From the IMG/VR virus record IMGVR_UViG_3300009183_002303, positions 1-36,061 of that record: a stretch of 36,061 nt of DNA; one strand, given 5' to 3'. The position numbers were made by a program, and so were the translations under genes. The notes below the pieces were generated by a model. The model was not told the origin of the DNA. It worked only from the letters and a program-made list of their open reading frames with translations, and did no database searches. This document shows positions 1-8,074 of this stretch, one piece after another (position 1 is the stretch's first letter; every line of letters begins with the position of its first letter). Source of the DNA: a virus. Its lineage: Duplodnaviria > Caudoviricetes.

Positions 1-2
1 AG

Positions 3-812
3 GCATTCAACCGTCACACAACTCTGTTCGCAGAATATGTGGCCAAGTTGGTAAGTGGTGATAAGACTGTTAAGGTTAACGCCAACGCAATCTTCCCACA
101 TGATGTGCTGAAGGGAATCGCTCACAGCTACACCAAGCTGGACAAGACAGAAACTGACCATGTGATTGCACAATGGGACGCTCTGCCTAACTACGTAGGT
201 GACGCAAGTATTCTACCTCTAGTTGACGTATCAGGTTCTATGACTACCCCAACAGGTGGTAAGGGCGATGTGCGTTGTTTGGACGTTGCAGTTAGCCTTG
301 GCTTGTACTTGGCAGATAAGAACAAGGGTGCGTTCAAGGACACATTCTTGACTTTCTCCAGCAAGCCAGAACTTGTAACCCTAAAGGGTAACATTGTTCA
401 AAAGGTGGAACAAATGTCTAAGAGCAACTGGGAAATGAGCACTAACTTGCATGCCGCTATGGACAAGATCCTAAGCGTTGCAGTTAAGGGTTCTGTACCA
501 GCTAGCGACATGCCAGCCATGTTGTTAATCTTGTCAGACATGCAGTTTGACCAATGCGCCCGTTACGACGACAGCGCAATGCAAATGATCGAACGCAAGT
601 TCGCAGATGCAGGTTACACTGTGCCGCAGATTGTTTTCTGGAACCTAAACAGTACCGGTAACGTGCCTGTGGCGGCTGACAAGAGTGGTGCCGCATTGGT
701 AAGTGGATTTAGCCCATCAATCATGACTAGCTTGCTAGCCGCTGATATGGATCAATTCACTCCAGAAGGCATCATGCTCAAGACTGTAATGAGTGATCGT
801 TACGCTCTGTAA
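3..812 (+). CDS. DUF2828-family (Ro60/TROVE-related) vWA-domain protein, 5' truncated by the window edge
   Basis: Frame is open from base 3. MIDAS-like DVSGSM, plus VAVSLGLY, FLTFSSKP, ILSDMQFD, IVFWNL and LVSGFSP motifs typical of DUF2828 proteins. Confidence 0.75.
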   Translation, partial: AFNRHTTLFAEYVAKLVSGDKTVKVNANAIFPHDVLKGIAHSYTKLDKTETDHVIAQWDALPNYVGDASILPLVDVSGSMTTPTGGKGDVRCLDVAVSLGLYLADKNKGAFKDTFLTFSSKPELVTLKGNIVQKVEQMSKSNWEMSTNLHAAMDKILSVAVKGSVPASDMPAMLLILSDMQFDQCARYDDSAMQMIERKFADAGYTVPQIVFWNLNSTGNVPVAADKSGAALVSGFSPSIMTSLLAADMDQFTPEGIMLKTVMSDRYAL

Positions 813-817
813 GTAAC

Positions 818-954
818 TGCTGGCCCACCTTAGCCTAGGCTGAGAATCCAGCATCCGCGATACACGAAATGTGGGATGGGCTGTGTATCCGGGGTTTTGG
901 GGAGAGTTCCTGACACAAAAATCTCTCCCCACTAATTCGTTGTTTTATTACAAC
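818..954 (+). ncRNA. candidate structured RNA in the 3' region of the DUF2828 gene
   Basis: Stems TGCTGG/CCAGCA (818-823/848-853), CTTAGC/GCTGAG, GATACAC/GTGTATC (859-865/883-889) and TGGGGAGAG/CTCTCCCCA (898-906/923-931). Possible pseudoknot CCCAC(824-828)/GTGGG(871-875). Confidence 0.5.
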
Positions 955-958
955 ACCG

Positions 959-992
959 GCCCTGTTAGCCTAGGTTGACAGGGCTTCTTTTT
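959..992 (+). terminator. intrinsic terminator
   Basis: GCCCTGTTAGC-CTAG-GTTGACAGGGC hairpin followed by TTCTTTTT. Confidence 0.8.
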
Positions 993-1003
993 GATGTTAT
1001 AAT
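975..1003 (+). promoter_or_regulatory. sigma70 consensus promoter
   Basis: TTGACA(975-980), 17-nt spacer, TATAAT(998-1003), with extended -10 TG. Confidence 0.9.
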
Positions 1004-1037
1004 ATAAGTAATTGATTAACACCAATCTAGGAGTAAT

Positions 1038-1280
1038 ATGAGAGAATTTGAGAGTATCCAAGGTGACAACTTAGAAGAAAGCGATATGGCTCAATTGTTG
1101 TCAGTAACAGCAAATGCTGATGCTGTAGCAAGAGTACGTGCCGCTATCCCAAAAGGACCTAGTTTAAGTCATTGTAACGAATGCGGAGAAGAGATCCCCG
1201 TAGCTCGCCAAAAAGCAGTAGCAGGATGTACTATGTGTATCGATTGTCAGCAGTATGCAGAAAGAATGAAACGTGCCTAA
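1038..1280 (+). CDS. TraR/DksA C4-type zinc-finger protein
   Basis: CNECGEEIPVARQKAVAGCTMCIDCQ motif; AGGAG RBS upstream. Confidence 0.85.
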   Translation: MREFESIQGDNLEESDMAQLLSVTANADAVARVRAAIPKGPSLSHCNECGEEIPVARQKAVAGCTMCIDCQQYAERMKRA

Positions 1281-1734
1281 ATGTTATCAATTAATTGGAG
1301 TGCCTGCCGCAGGTAAAAGTACTTGGCTTAGAAGTCAAAACTGGATTGAAGGCATGGAGTATGTGAGTACTGATTATCATGTGCATGAATATGCTAAACT
1401 GCAAGGTAAGACTTACAGGGAAGTATTTGAAGAATACATGCCCACAGCAGTTGAACTAATGGCCAAAGAAGTTGTTGCCGCTAGACTAGTAGGTCGTGAT
1501 GTACTTTGGGATCAAACTAGTACTACTGTTAAAAGTCGTGCTCGTAAGTTCAATATGCTTCACGACTATCATCATATTGCTGTGGTGTTTCCAACTCCAG
1601 CAATTGACGTTTTAAAGGAACGTTTGGCATTGCGTATTGACCAACCAATTCCTTGGGAAGTTGTACAGGGCATGATTGATAATTTTGAATATCCAACTGA
1701 AGCGGAAGGTTTCAAAGAGATTTGGAGAATATAA
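1273..1734 (+). CDS. P-loop kinase (AAA_33 / polynucleotide-kinase-like domain)
   Basis: Walker A GVPAAGKST, then VSTD, WDQTS and LKERLALR lid motif. Confidence 0.8.
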   Translation: MPKCYQLIGVPAAGKSTWLRSQNWIEGMEYVSTDYHVHEYAKLQGKTYREVFEEYMPTAVELMAKEVVAARLVGRDVLWDQTSTTVKSRARKFNMLHDYHHIAVVFPTPAIDVLKERLALRIDQPIPWEVVQGMIDNFEYPTEAEGFKEIWRI

Positions 1735-1958
1735 TGAGAGTTGAAAACATCAATGGTCGTAATCTAATGTGTGGCTACATTTATCCTTTGGCAGAACTTG
1801 CTGTGGGACAAGAATGGGCACAAGCTGATGGTGTTGATCGAGTTGTAACAATTCGTGAAATTGAAGGCAATACTATTCGTTATGGTGATCACGCTAGCGA
1901 TACCCTGTACGAAAAGGATCAATTTGCATTTCAAACACGATATTGCAGGGTAGTATAG
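1734..1958 (+). CDS. hypothetical protein
   Basis: ATG at 1734 overlaps the upstream TAA (TAATG coupling). Confidence 0.6.
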   Translation: MRVENINGRNLMCGYIYPLAELAVGQEWAQADGVDRVVTIREIEGNTIRYGDHASDTLYEKDQFAFQTRYCRVV

Positions 1959-1971
1959 CCAAAACGAGCAG

Positions 1972-2000
1972 TTGACAAACTCTCCTTTTGGTTGTATAAT
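1972..2000 (+). promoter_or_regulatory. sigma70 consensus promoter
   Basis: TTGACA(1972-1977), 17-nt spacer, TATAAT(1995-2000); AAGGAGG RBS downstream. Confidence 0.9.
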
Positions 2001-2025
2001 ACATACATAAACAAGAAAGGAGGGC

Positions 2026-2631
2026 ATGATGCCTAGTGTATTTTTAGTAAGCGACACGCATTTTGGACACACCGGCGTCTGCCGCTTCACACGTAACGAT
2101 GGTGTTACAAAATTAAGGCCATGGGATAGTCCAGAGGAAATGGACGAAGCTATGGTTAAGGCGTGGAACGAACGGGTAAAGCCCACTGACAAGGTCTACC
2201 ATTTAGGTGACGTTGTTATCAACCGTAAAGCGTTAAAAATCATGAGCCGCTTAAACGGCGACAAGGTGTTAATCCGCGGTAACCACGACATCTTCAGGGA
2301 TGACGAGTATCGTATGTACTTTAGAGAATTACGTGCATATCACGTTATGAACGGAATGATCTTAAGCCATATTCCGTTACACTCAGATTCAATGGGTCGT
2401 TTTGGTACTAACATTCATGGACATACCCACGCAAATCGTGTGAAACGAGCCCGTGGAGTTGATGCTAGAACTGGAGAAGTTCTGTACAGCGATGAAAACG
2501 ATGTTCGTTACCATTGCGTTTGTGTAGAACAAACTGACTTTGCGCCCATACTGTTTGAAGACGTTATAGCACGTATTGAAGCAGAAGGCGGATCAGTAGG
2601 ATTTAAGAATGGAAACGGTCCTACTATGTAA
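2026..2631 (+). CDS. calcineurin-like metallophosphoesterase
   Basis: SDTHFGH, LGDV, GNHD, SHIP and HGHTH motifs. Confidence 0.9.
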   Translation: MMPSVFLVSDTHFGHTGVCRFTRNDGVTKLRPWDSPEEMDEAMVKAWNERVKPTDKVYHLGDVVINRKALKIMSRLNGDKVLIRGNHDIFRDDEYRMYFRELRAYHVMNGMILSHIPLHSDSMGRFGTNIHGHTHANRVKRARGVDARTGEVLYSDENDVRYHCVCVEQTDFAPILFEDVIARIEAEGGSVGFKNGNGPTM

Positions 2632-2646
2632 TAATAGTAGCACTTT

Positions 2647-2673
2647 AATAGGGCCTTCGGGCCCTATTTTTTT
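2647..2673 (+). terminator. intrinsic terminator with cUUCGg tetraloop
   Basis: AATAGGGCC-TTCG-GGCCCTATT followed by a T run. Confidence 0.9.
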
Positions 2674-2697
2674 GGCTTGATCATTCGGCGCAATAGA

Positions 2698-2704
2698 ATA
2701 AATA
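2698..2704 (+). promoter_or_regulatory. T4-type late promoter motif (ATAAATA)
   Basis: ATAAATA upstream of the tail-fibre gene and just after a terminator. Confidence 0.55.
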
Positions 2705-2752
2705 GTATATAGAAACATAGGGCCGTGCCCTAACAGTATACGGAGATTTTCA

Positions 2753-4033
2753 ATGGCGCTACAAATTAGAAGAGGTTCAGACGCATCTCGAGGAACTACA
2801 AGATTCGCATCAGGTGAATTAATTTACACTACTGATCAAAAAGATTTGTGGGTTGGAGATGGCACACCTAACGGTGGAACACAAATTGCTCCTGTTAAAA
2901 GTGTTAACGGATATCCTGCAACTGTAGCTGGCGCAGGTGCTGGCAATGTTGTATTAACTACTGATAATATTGCAGAAGGTGCAAATACAGCAAGAAAATA
3001 CTACAGTTCAACATCTTCTAAAGCAGACGCCGCGGCGGCCTTGGTAGCTGGTAACGCTGGAAATACTGGAATCACATTTAGTTATAATTCAGGTACAGGC
3101 GCAATTAATGCTGTTCTTCAAAATGCAGGTGGGTTATCAACAGTATCAGGAGATCCTAATCCAGCATTAGGTGGCAATTTAAGTTTAAATTCACGTAATA
3201 TTACAGGTACAGGTAATGTCAATATTACCGGAACTATTACAGCTACTAGCTTTACTGGTACTGTAACTACCGATTCAATTACTCCAGTTACTAGTCTAGT
3301 TTTATACGGAGCTACTTCAAATCCATTAACTGTTAGAGGAATTCCAGCAGTAAGCGGATCTGTCAATATTGACATTAACACATTTAAAGGAACTGTCGGT
3401 TCACCAACAAATACTGGTGCTGGCGACCAAATTGGTTCTTTTAGAGCACTTGGTTATAGAGACGGAAATTATAAGATTGGTTCACAAATTACCACAGCAT
3501 GGACCAGCGATGCAGATTTTACAACAAACAATCCTAAATCAGTACTTTTCTTTGCTACTGGTAATAACAATGAAACACAAACTGGACTTCCTCCAGCATC
3601 ACTAGACGGTAACGGTACATTTACTGCCAAAATTATTCAAATACCTTCGTATGCGACTGGTGCGTATCCAGCAGGTGGAACAATAACAGCACTGTCTGGT
3701 GTGACTATTACAGGAGTTGCTGGACAATTCCAATGTGCATCAACTACGTTAACACTTGGTGCAACTGTAACAATTCGTGGTAATATTGCTGGCGCAACAA
3801 TTAGTGGATATACTAGCCCAACAACATACTATGTTATTGCTACTAATGGTTCGACAACATTTACATTATCAACTACCGGCAACGGAACTGGAGTTACAAC
3901 TAGTGGTACAACTCCAACAGGATTAACATATTCAATGCTGTTGCCGCAAAAAGGTATGATGATATTTGATAGTACTACAAATGACTTCATGGGCTTCAAT
4001 GGAACTAACTGGGTCGCATTTACTGGACCTTAA
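2753..4033 (+). CDS. tail fibre / virion fibre protein
   Basis: N-terminal MALQIRRG...GELIYTTDQKDLWVGDG (Mtd_N / hyaluronidase-N-like anchor), G/T/S/A/N-rich body, C-terminal GMMIFDSTTNDFMGFNGTNW motif; GGAGA RBS. Confidence 0.75.
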   Translation: MALQIRRGSDASRGTTRFASGELIYTTDQKDLWVGDGTPNGGTQIAPVKSVNGYPATVAGAGAGNVVLTTDNIAEGANTARKYYSSTSSKADAAAALVAGNAGNTGITFSYNSGTGAINAVLQNAGGLSTVSGDPNPALGGNLSLNSRNITGTGNVNITGTITATSFTGTVTTDSITPVTSLVLYGATSNPLTVRGIPAVSGSVNIDINTFKGTVGSPTNTGAGDQIGSFRALGYRDGNYKIGSQITTAWTSDADFTTNNPKSVLFFATGNNNETQTGLPPASLDGNGTFTAKIIQIPSYATGAYPAGGTITALSGVTITGVAGQFQCASTTLTLGATVTIRGNIAGATISGYTSPTTYYVIATNGSTTFTLSTTGNGTGVTTSGTTPTGLTYSMLLPQKGMMIFDSTTNDFMGFNGTNWVAFTGP

Positions 4034-4587
4034 TTCCAACTAGGGTACTTGGCTAGTTCTTCATAAAACTTATCGGGGTATAACTGCCAAACTGTTTGGT
4101 TAGTTCCCCGATAATTCATTTCCGCAACACGTTTCATCTGGCCAGTGGCTTCCATAGCTGGCCCAAATATACGATGTACTAGACGTTGCGTTCCAACACT
4201 ACTTTCATTACTAGTAATATACAATTTACTTCCTGCCGGTGCCCAGTTAATACAAGCTGGAATTAAGAACTGACTGGTAGCATGTTGGTGTGTTACAATT
4301 TGATTGCGAGTGCGCAAAGTAGTCATGGGAAGCTGATCTGTGAACACACAAGTACGTACAGCAATGCGATATGCGTCCAAGCCCATTTCTGGGAACGAAT
4401 GTGCGCCTACACTGCCTATGGCTTTATTGTTGTAGTAAAGAATCCAAACGCACCATTCTTGTTCCTTTGCTAGACTATCCACTAACATTTTTTGACTAGC
4501 GTTATTAACAAAGCCCTTAGACTCTGCCATAGCATAAAATTCTGCTAGATCTAAGTTGGGTGTCCATTGTACCATTTTAAAGTTCAT
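4030..4587 (-). CDS. putative GNAT-fold acyltransferase
   Basis: beta-strand pattern WILYYNNKAIGSVGAH...YRIAVRTCVF, helix SQFLIPACINWA, strand KLYITSN. Fold inferred by eye. Confidence 0.45.
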   Translation of the reverse strand: MNFKMVQWTPNLDLAEFYAMAESKGFVNNASQKMLVDSLAKEQEWCVWILYYNNKAIGSVGAHSFPEMGLDAYRIAVRTCVFTDQLPMTTLRTRNQIVTHQHATSQFLIPACINWAPAGSKLYITSNESSVGTQRLVHRIFGPAMEATGQMKRVAEMNYRGTNQTVWQLYPDKFYEELAKYPSWN

Positions 4588-4591
4588 ACAG

Positions 4592-4609
4592 TAATTATCA
4601 CCATAAATA
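4592..4609. promoter_or_regulatory. divergent late-promoter pair
   Basis: ATAATTA on the minus strand (4592-4598), 4 nt before the ATG at 4587; ATAAATA on the plus strand (4603-4609). Confidence 0.5.
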
Positions 4610-4636
4610 ACAGCAGAAACTAATTACGGAGAATTT

Positions 4637-5473
4637 ATGAAATATCATATCCACAGTAATGGATGGACTGTTATACTTGATGATTTTGATATGGCCACAT
4701 GCAGTCAAGATGATGTTAATCTGATTGGCAAATTAGTTAACGAATATACACTAGTGGTTGCTAAAAAACAGTTTGTTACAGTGGAAGAAGAAACTAGGTT
4801 TGTTAATATGTGGCACAATCCTATCCCGCAGTTAACACCCAAAGACGGCGATAAATTTACACACATTGCTGTAGATACAGAAGGAAAGATATTAAGAATT
4901 TCTGGAATTAAAGACGAGCATGGAAACGATTTGGGGTTAGCTGGACACGAAGATGAAATGGCGTGGCATTCAAACCCTCCAGAAGATCCAGCACGTAATT
5001 CAATAGTATATTTAAGAGCAGTAGAAGGGTCAGTAGGTTCACAAACAGAATGGAACAATACTATTTTGATATGGAATGAATTGTCCCAAGAAGAAAAAGA
5101 TAAGTTGCTCCCACTTAAAGTCATACCTAAAGTTGGTGCTAGTTTATCTGGCTATAAAGACAGAGATACTAATGGTCAAGAAATGCCTGACCAAACAAGA
5201 TTTAATCTTGTGCATACTAATCTAGCAGGTAAGACGGGTTTATATTTTCCGTTTGTGCAGTTATCGCGTTTTGAAGATATGACGGTAGAGGAAAGTAGAA
5301 AGATTATGGATCCACTTGCGGAACTGGTCACTCAACCCAAGTACTGTTATAAGCATGATTGGGAAGATGGAGATATGGTTATTGCAGAACAATGGCTAGG
5401 CATACATAGACGATTGCCTTTTAAAGACATAGGCAAAAGATTATTACATAGAGCTGGATTTGACGCACCATGA
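4637..5473 (+). CDS. TauD/TfdA-family Fe(II)/2OG dioxygenase-like protein (copy 1)
   Basis: WHSN; YKHDWEDGDMVIAEQWLGIHRR; RLLHRA, which aligns to the TauD W-x-x-GD...H-x-R and R-x-L-x-R motifs. Confidence 0.8.
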   Translation: MKYHIHSNGWTVILDDFDMATCSQDDVNLIGKLVNEYTLVVAKKQFVTVEEETRFVNMWHNPIPQLTPKDGDKFTHIAVDTEGKILRISGIKDEHGNDLGLAGHEDEMAWHSNPPEDPARNSIVYLRAVEGSVGSQTEWNNTILIWNELSQEEKDKLLPLKVIPKVGASLSGYKDRDTNGQEMPDQTRFNLVHTNLAGKTGLYFPFVQLSRFEDMTVEESRKIMDPLAELVTQPKYCYKHDWEDGDMVIAEQWLGIHRRLPFKDIGKRLLHRAGFDAP

Positions 5474-6333
5474 AATATCACTTACATGAAAATGGGTGGA
5501 CTGTTATCCTAGACGATTTTAACATGGCTACTTGTACACAAACTGAAATTAATTTAATAGAACGACTGATTGCCAAGTATACGCTAGTTATTGCTAAGAA
5601 TCAACACGTTAATAAAGACGAAGAAATTAGATTTATTAAAATGTTTCACAATCCAATACCTATCATGCCTCCCGGCAGTCCAGGCTTTGATAGTATTGCA
5701 GTAGATCCTGAAGGATTAATTTTAAGGGTAACAGGCGAAAAAGACAATGAAGGCAATGTTACCGGCATAGCAGGACACGATGAAGAACTAACATGGCATG
5801 CCAATGTGCCGTATGATCCAAATAGAAATTCTATAATTTACCTAAGGTCGGTGACAGGTTCAGCTGGATCTGTCACCGAGTGGAATAACACAATACTGGC
5901 ATATCACGATTTACCGCAAGTAACTAAAGATCAATTAGCAACACTTAAAATCGTTCCTAAGAAAGGAACAGAACGCGATATGCGGATTGGGTATGCTTTA
6001 GAAACCGGAGAAGAACAACCTGATCAAACACGGTTTGATTTAGTGTATACAAACATAGCAGGCCAAATCGGCCTATATTTCCCTTATAATCAAATAGCTC
6101 GATTTGATGGCATGACCGTAGAGGAAAGTAGAAAGATTATGGATCCGTTATTTGAACACGTTACACAATCTAAGTATTGTTATAAGCACAATTGGGACGA
6201 TGGAGATGCAACCATAGCAGAGCAATGGCTAGGTATACACAGACGCTTGCACTTCGATCGAATGGAATATCGAGTATTACACAGAGCAGGATTAGATTTT
6301 TCTCCGCAAAATTACGATGGAATAATAGAATGA
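5470..6333 (+). CDS. TauD/TfdA-family dioxygenase-like protein (copy 2)
   Basis: Paralogue of copy 1: WHAN, HNWDDGD, IHRR; ATGA coupling. Confidence 0.8.
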   Translation: MKYHLHENGWTVILDDFNMATCTQTEINLIERLIAKYTLVIAKNQHVNKDEEIRFIKMFHNPIPIMPPGSPGFDSIAVDPEGLILRVTGEKDNEGNVTGIAGHDEELTWHANVPYDPNRNSIIYLRSVTGSAGSVTEWNNTILAYHDLPQVTKDQLATLKIVPKKGTERDMRIGYALETGEEQPDQTRFDLVYTNIAGQIGLYFPYNQIARFDGMTVEESRKIMDPLFEHVTQSKYCYKHNWDDGDATIAEQWLGIHRRLHFDRMEYRVLHRAGLDFSPQNYDGIIE

Positions 6334-7202
6334 AATATCACTTACACGAAAACGGATGGGTAGTTAATATAGAAGACTTTGATATGGCCACATGCACCCA
6401 AGACGATATTAATCTAATGGCAAGATTAATTGCCAAATATACATTTGTAATTGTAAAAAATCAATTTCCAACACCAGCAGAAGAAGTAAGATTTGCTAAA
6501 CTGTTTCATAACCCGTTACCACTGTTTGGAAGAGACTCTGTAGAAGTTAGAACAAAAGGTATAGACCCTAATGATGCAGATCCTGAAGGTATATTTTTAA
6601 GAGTCACTGGTAAAAAAGATGACGGCTGGGAATTAGGAATAGCAGGGCATGATGAAGAACTTGCATGGCATTCAAATGTACCGTGGATAGCTGACCGAAG
6701 TTCTATAGTGTATCTACGAGCCGTGGAAGGATCTGTAGGATCTATAACTGAATGGAATAATACAATATTAGCTTACCACGATTTACCCGGCGAAATTAAA
6801 CAACAAATAGCAAACCTTAAAACTGTACCTTTGTCAGATGTTAGATTGGCATTATCGTTGCAAGGCGACGACATGGGCAAGGAAGTAGAAAATCAACACA
6901 GGTTTAACCTAGTACATACAAACATAGCCGGACAAACTGGCTTGTATTTTCCGTTCTTACAAATATCTAGATTTGATAGTATGACCAGAGAAGAAAGTAA
7001 GCCGTTATTAAACATGTTAGCAGAGCATGTAACCAATCCTAAATATTGTTATCAACATCACTGGGAAGACGGTGATGTGGCCATATCTGAACAGTGGTTG
7101 GGTATACATCGCCGACTACATTTTGATCGAATGCAAGAAAGAATATTGCATAGAGCAGGCTGGGACTTTCCTATACAAAATTATCTTGAGGATATAGCAT
7201 GA
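6330..7202 (+). CDS. TauD/TfdA-family dioxygenase-like protein (copy 3)
   Basis: Start moved to 6330 (MKYHLHENGW, ATGA overlap, matches paralogues); WHSN, HHWEDGD, IHRR. Confidence 0.8.
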   Translation: MKYHLHENGWVVNIEDFDMATCTQDDINLMARLIAKYTFVIVKNQFPTPAEEVRFAKLFHNPLPLFGRDSVEVRTKGIDPNDADPEGIFLRVTGKKDDGWELGIAGHDEELAWHSNVPWIADRSSIVYLRAVEGSVGSITEWNNTILAYHDLPGEIKQQIANLKTVPLSDVRLALSLQGDDMGKEVENQHRFNLVHTNIAGQTGLYFPFLQISRFDSMTREESKPLLNMLAEHVTNPKYCYQHHWEDGDVAISEQWLGIHRRLHFDRMQERILHRAGWDFPIQNYLEDIA

Positions 7203-8074
7203 AATATCAAATGCACGAAAACGGTTGGACTGTCATTGTAAGTGATTTTGATTTTAATTATGCTACTAAAGAAGATATAGATCTAATATCTAGATTAATT
7301 GCCAAGTACACAATAGTAGTTGTAAAAAATCAACAACTATCTTTAGAAGATGAAATACGTGTGTGTCATATGTTTAAAGATCCAGAGCCAGCTTTTAAAC
7401 CAACTGAAGGTAGTTTTAAAAGATCAGCGGCCGATTTAAAAATTGATCCAACTGGTTTAATTTGCCGAGTCACTGGAGAAAAAAACGAAGACGGTGAAAC
7501 TGGTATTGCTGGTCATGCTAGCGAAATGGCGTGGCATAATAACATGCCATACGAACCAACCCGTAGGTCAATTGTATGGCTGTATGCTGTGCGCGGGTCT
7601 AACGGATCAAGAACTAGTTGGAATAATACTATATTAGCATATAACGACTTAGACCAAGAAACTAAAAATAAATTTAAAGAACTTAAATGTATATATTTTA
7701 GTGGAATTAATCTTGCTAACGAGTATGTTAGCACAGGCAACGCAGAAGATGAAAACAAACAAGTAATTGAAACATTCACTCCGCCTTTAGTTTATACAAA
7801 TAACGCCAATCAAACAGGACTTTATTTTTCACCGTACTTACTAGAAAGATTTGTAGGGTTAACTAAAGAAGAAACTAAAGCAATTGCTGATCCGTTATTT
7901 GAATACGTAATACAAGACAAGTATTGTTATCATCACGATTGGCAAGACGGTGATGTTGTAATATCAGAACAGTGGTTGGGCATACATAAGCGTTGGCCGT
8001 TTGAACAAATTGAAAAACGTATGTTACACCGTGCGGCTTTTGAATTTACCGACCAAGATTATACTAACCTGTAA
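7199..8074 (+). CDS. TauD/TfdA-family dioxygenase-like protein (copy 4)
   Basis: WHNN, HDWQDGD, IHKR, RMLHRA. Confidence 0.8.
   Translation: MKYQMHENGWTVIVSDFDFNYATKEDIDLISRLIAKYTIVVVKNQQLSLEDEIRVCHMFKDPEPAFKPTEGSFKRSAADLKIDPTGLICRVTGEKNEDGETGIAGHASEMAWHNNMPYEPTRRSIVWLYAVRGSNGSRTSWNNTILAYNDLDQETKNKFKELKCIYFSGINLANEYVSTGNAEDENKQVIETFTPPLVYTNNANQTGLYFSPYLLERFVGLTKEETKAIADPLFEYVIQDKYCYHHDWQDGDVVISEQWLGIHKRWPFEQIEKRMLHRAAFEFTDQDYTNL

Noticed and set aside
813-958. Known riboswitch or ribozyme (hammerhead, twister, c-di-GMP, ZTP)
   Set aside because: Their conserved cores could not be matched by eye, so the element is kept only as an unassigned structured RNA.
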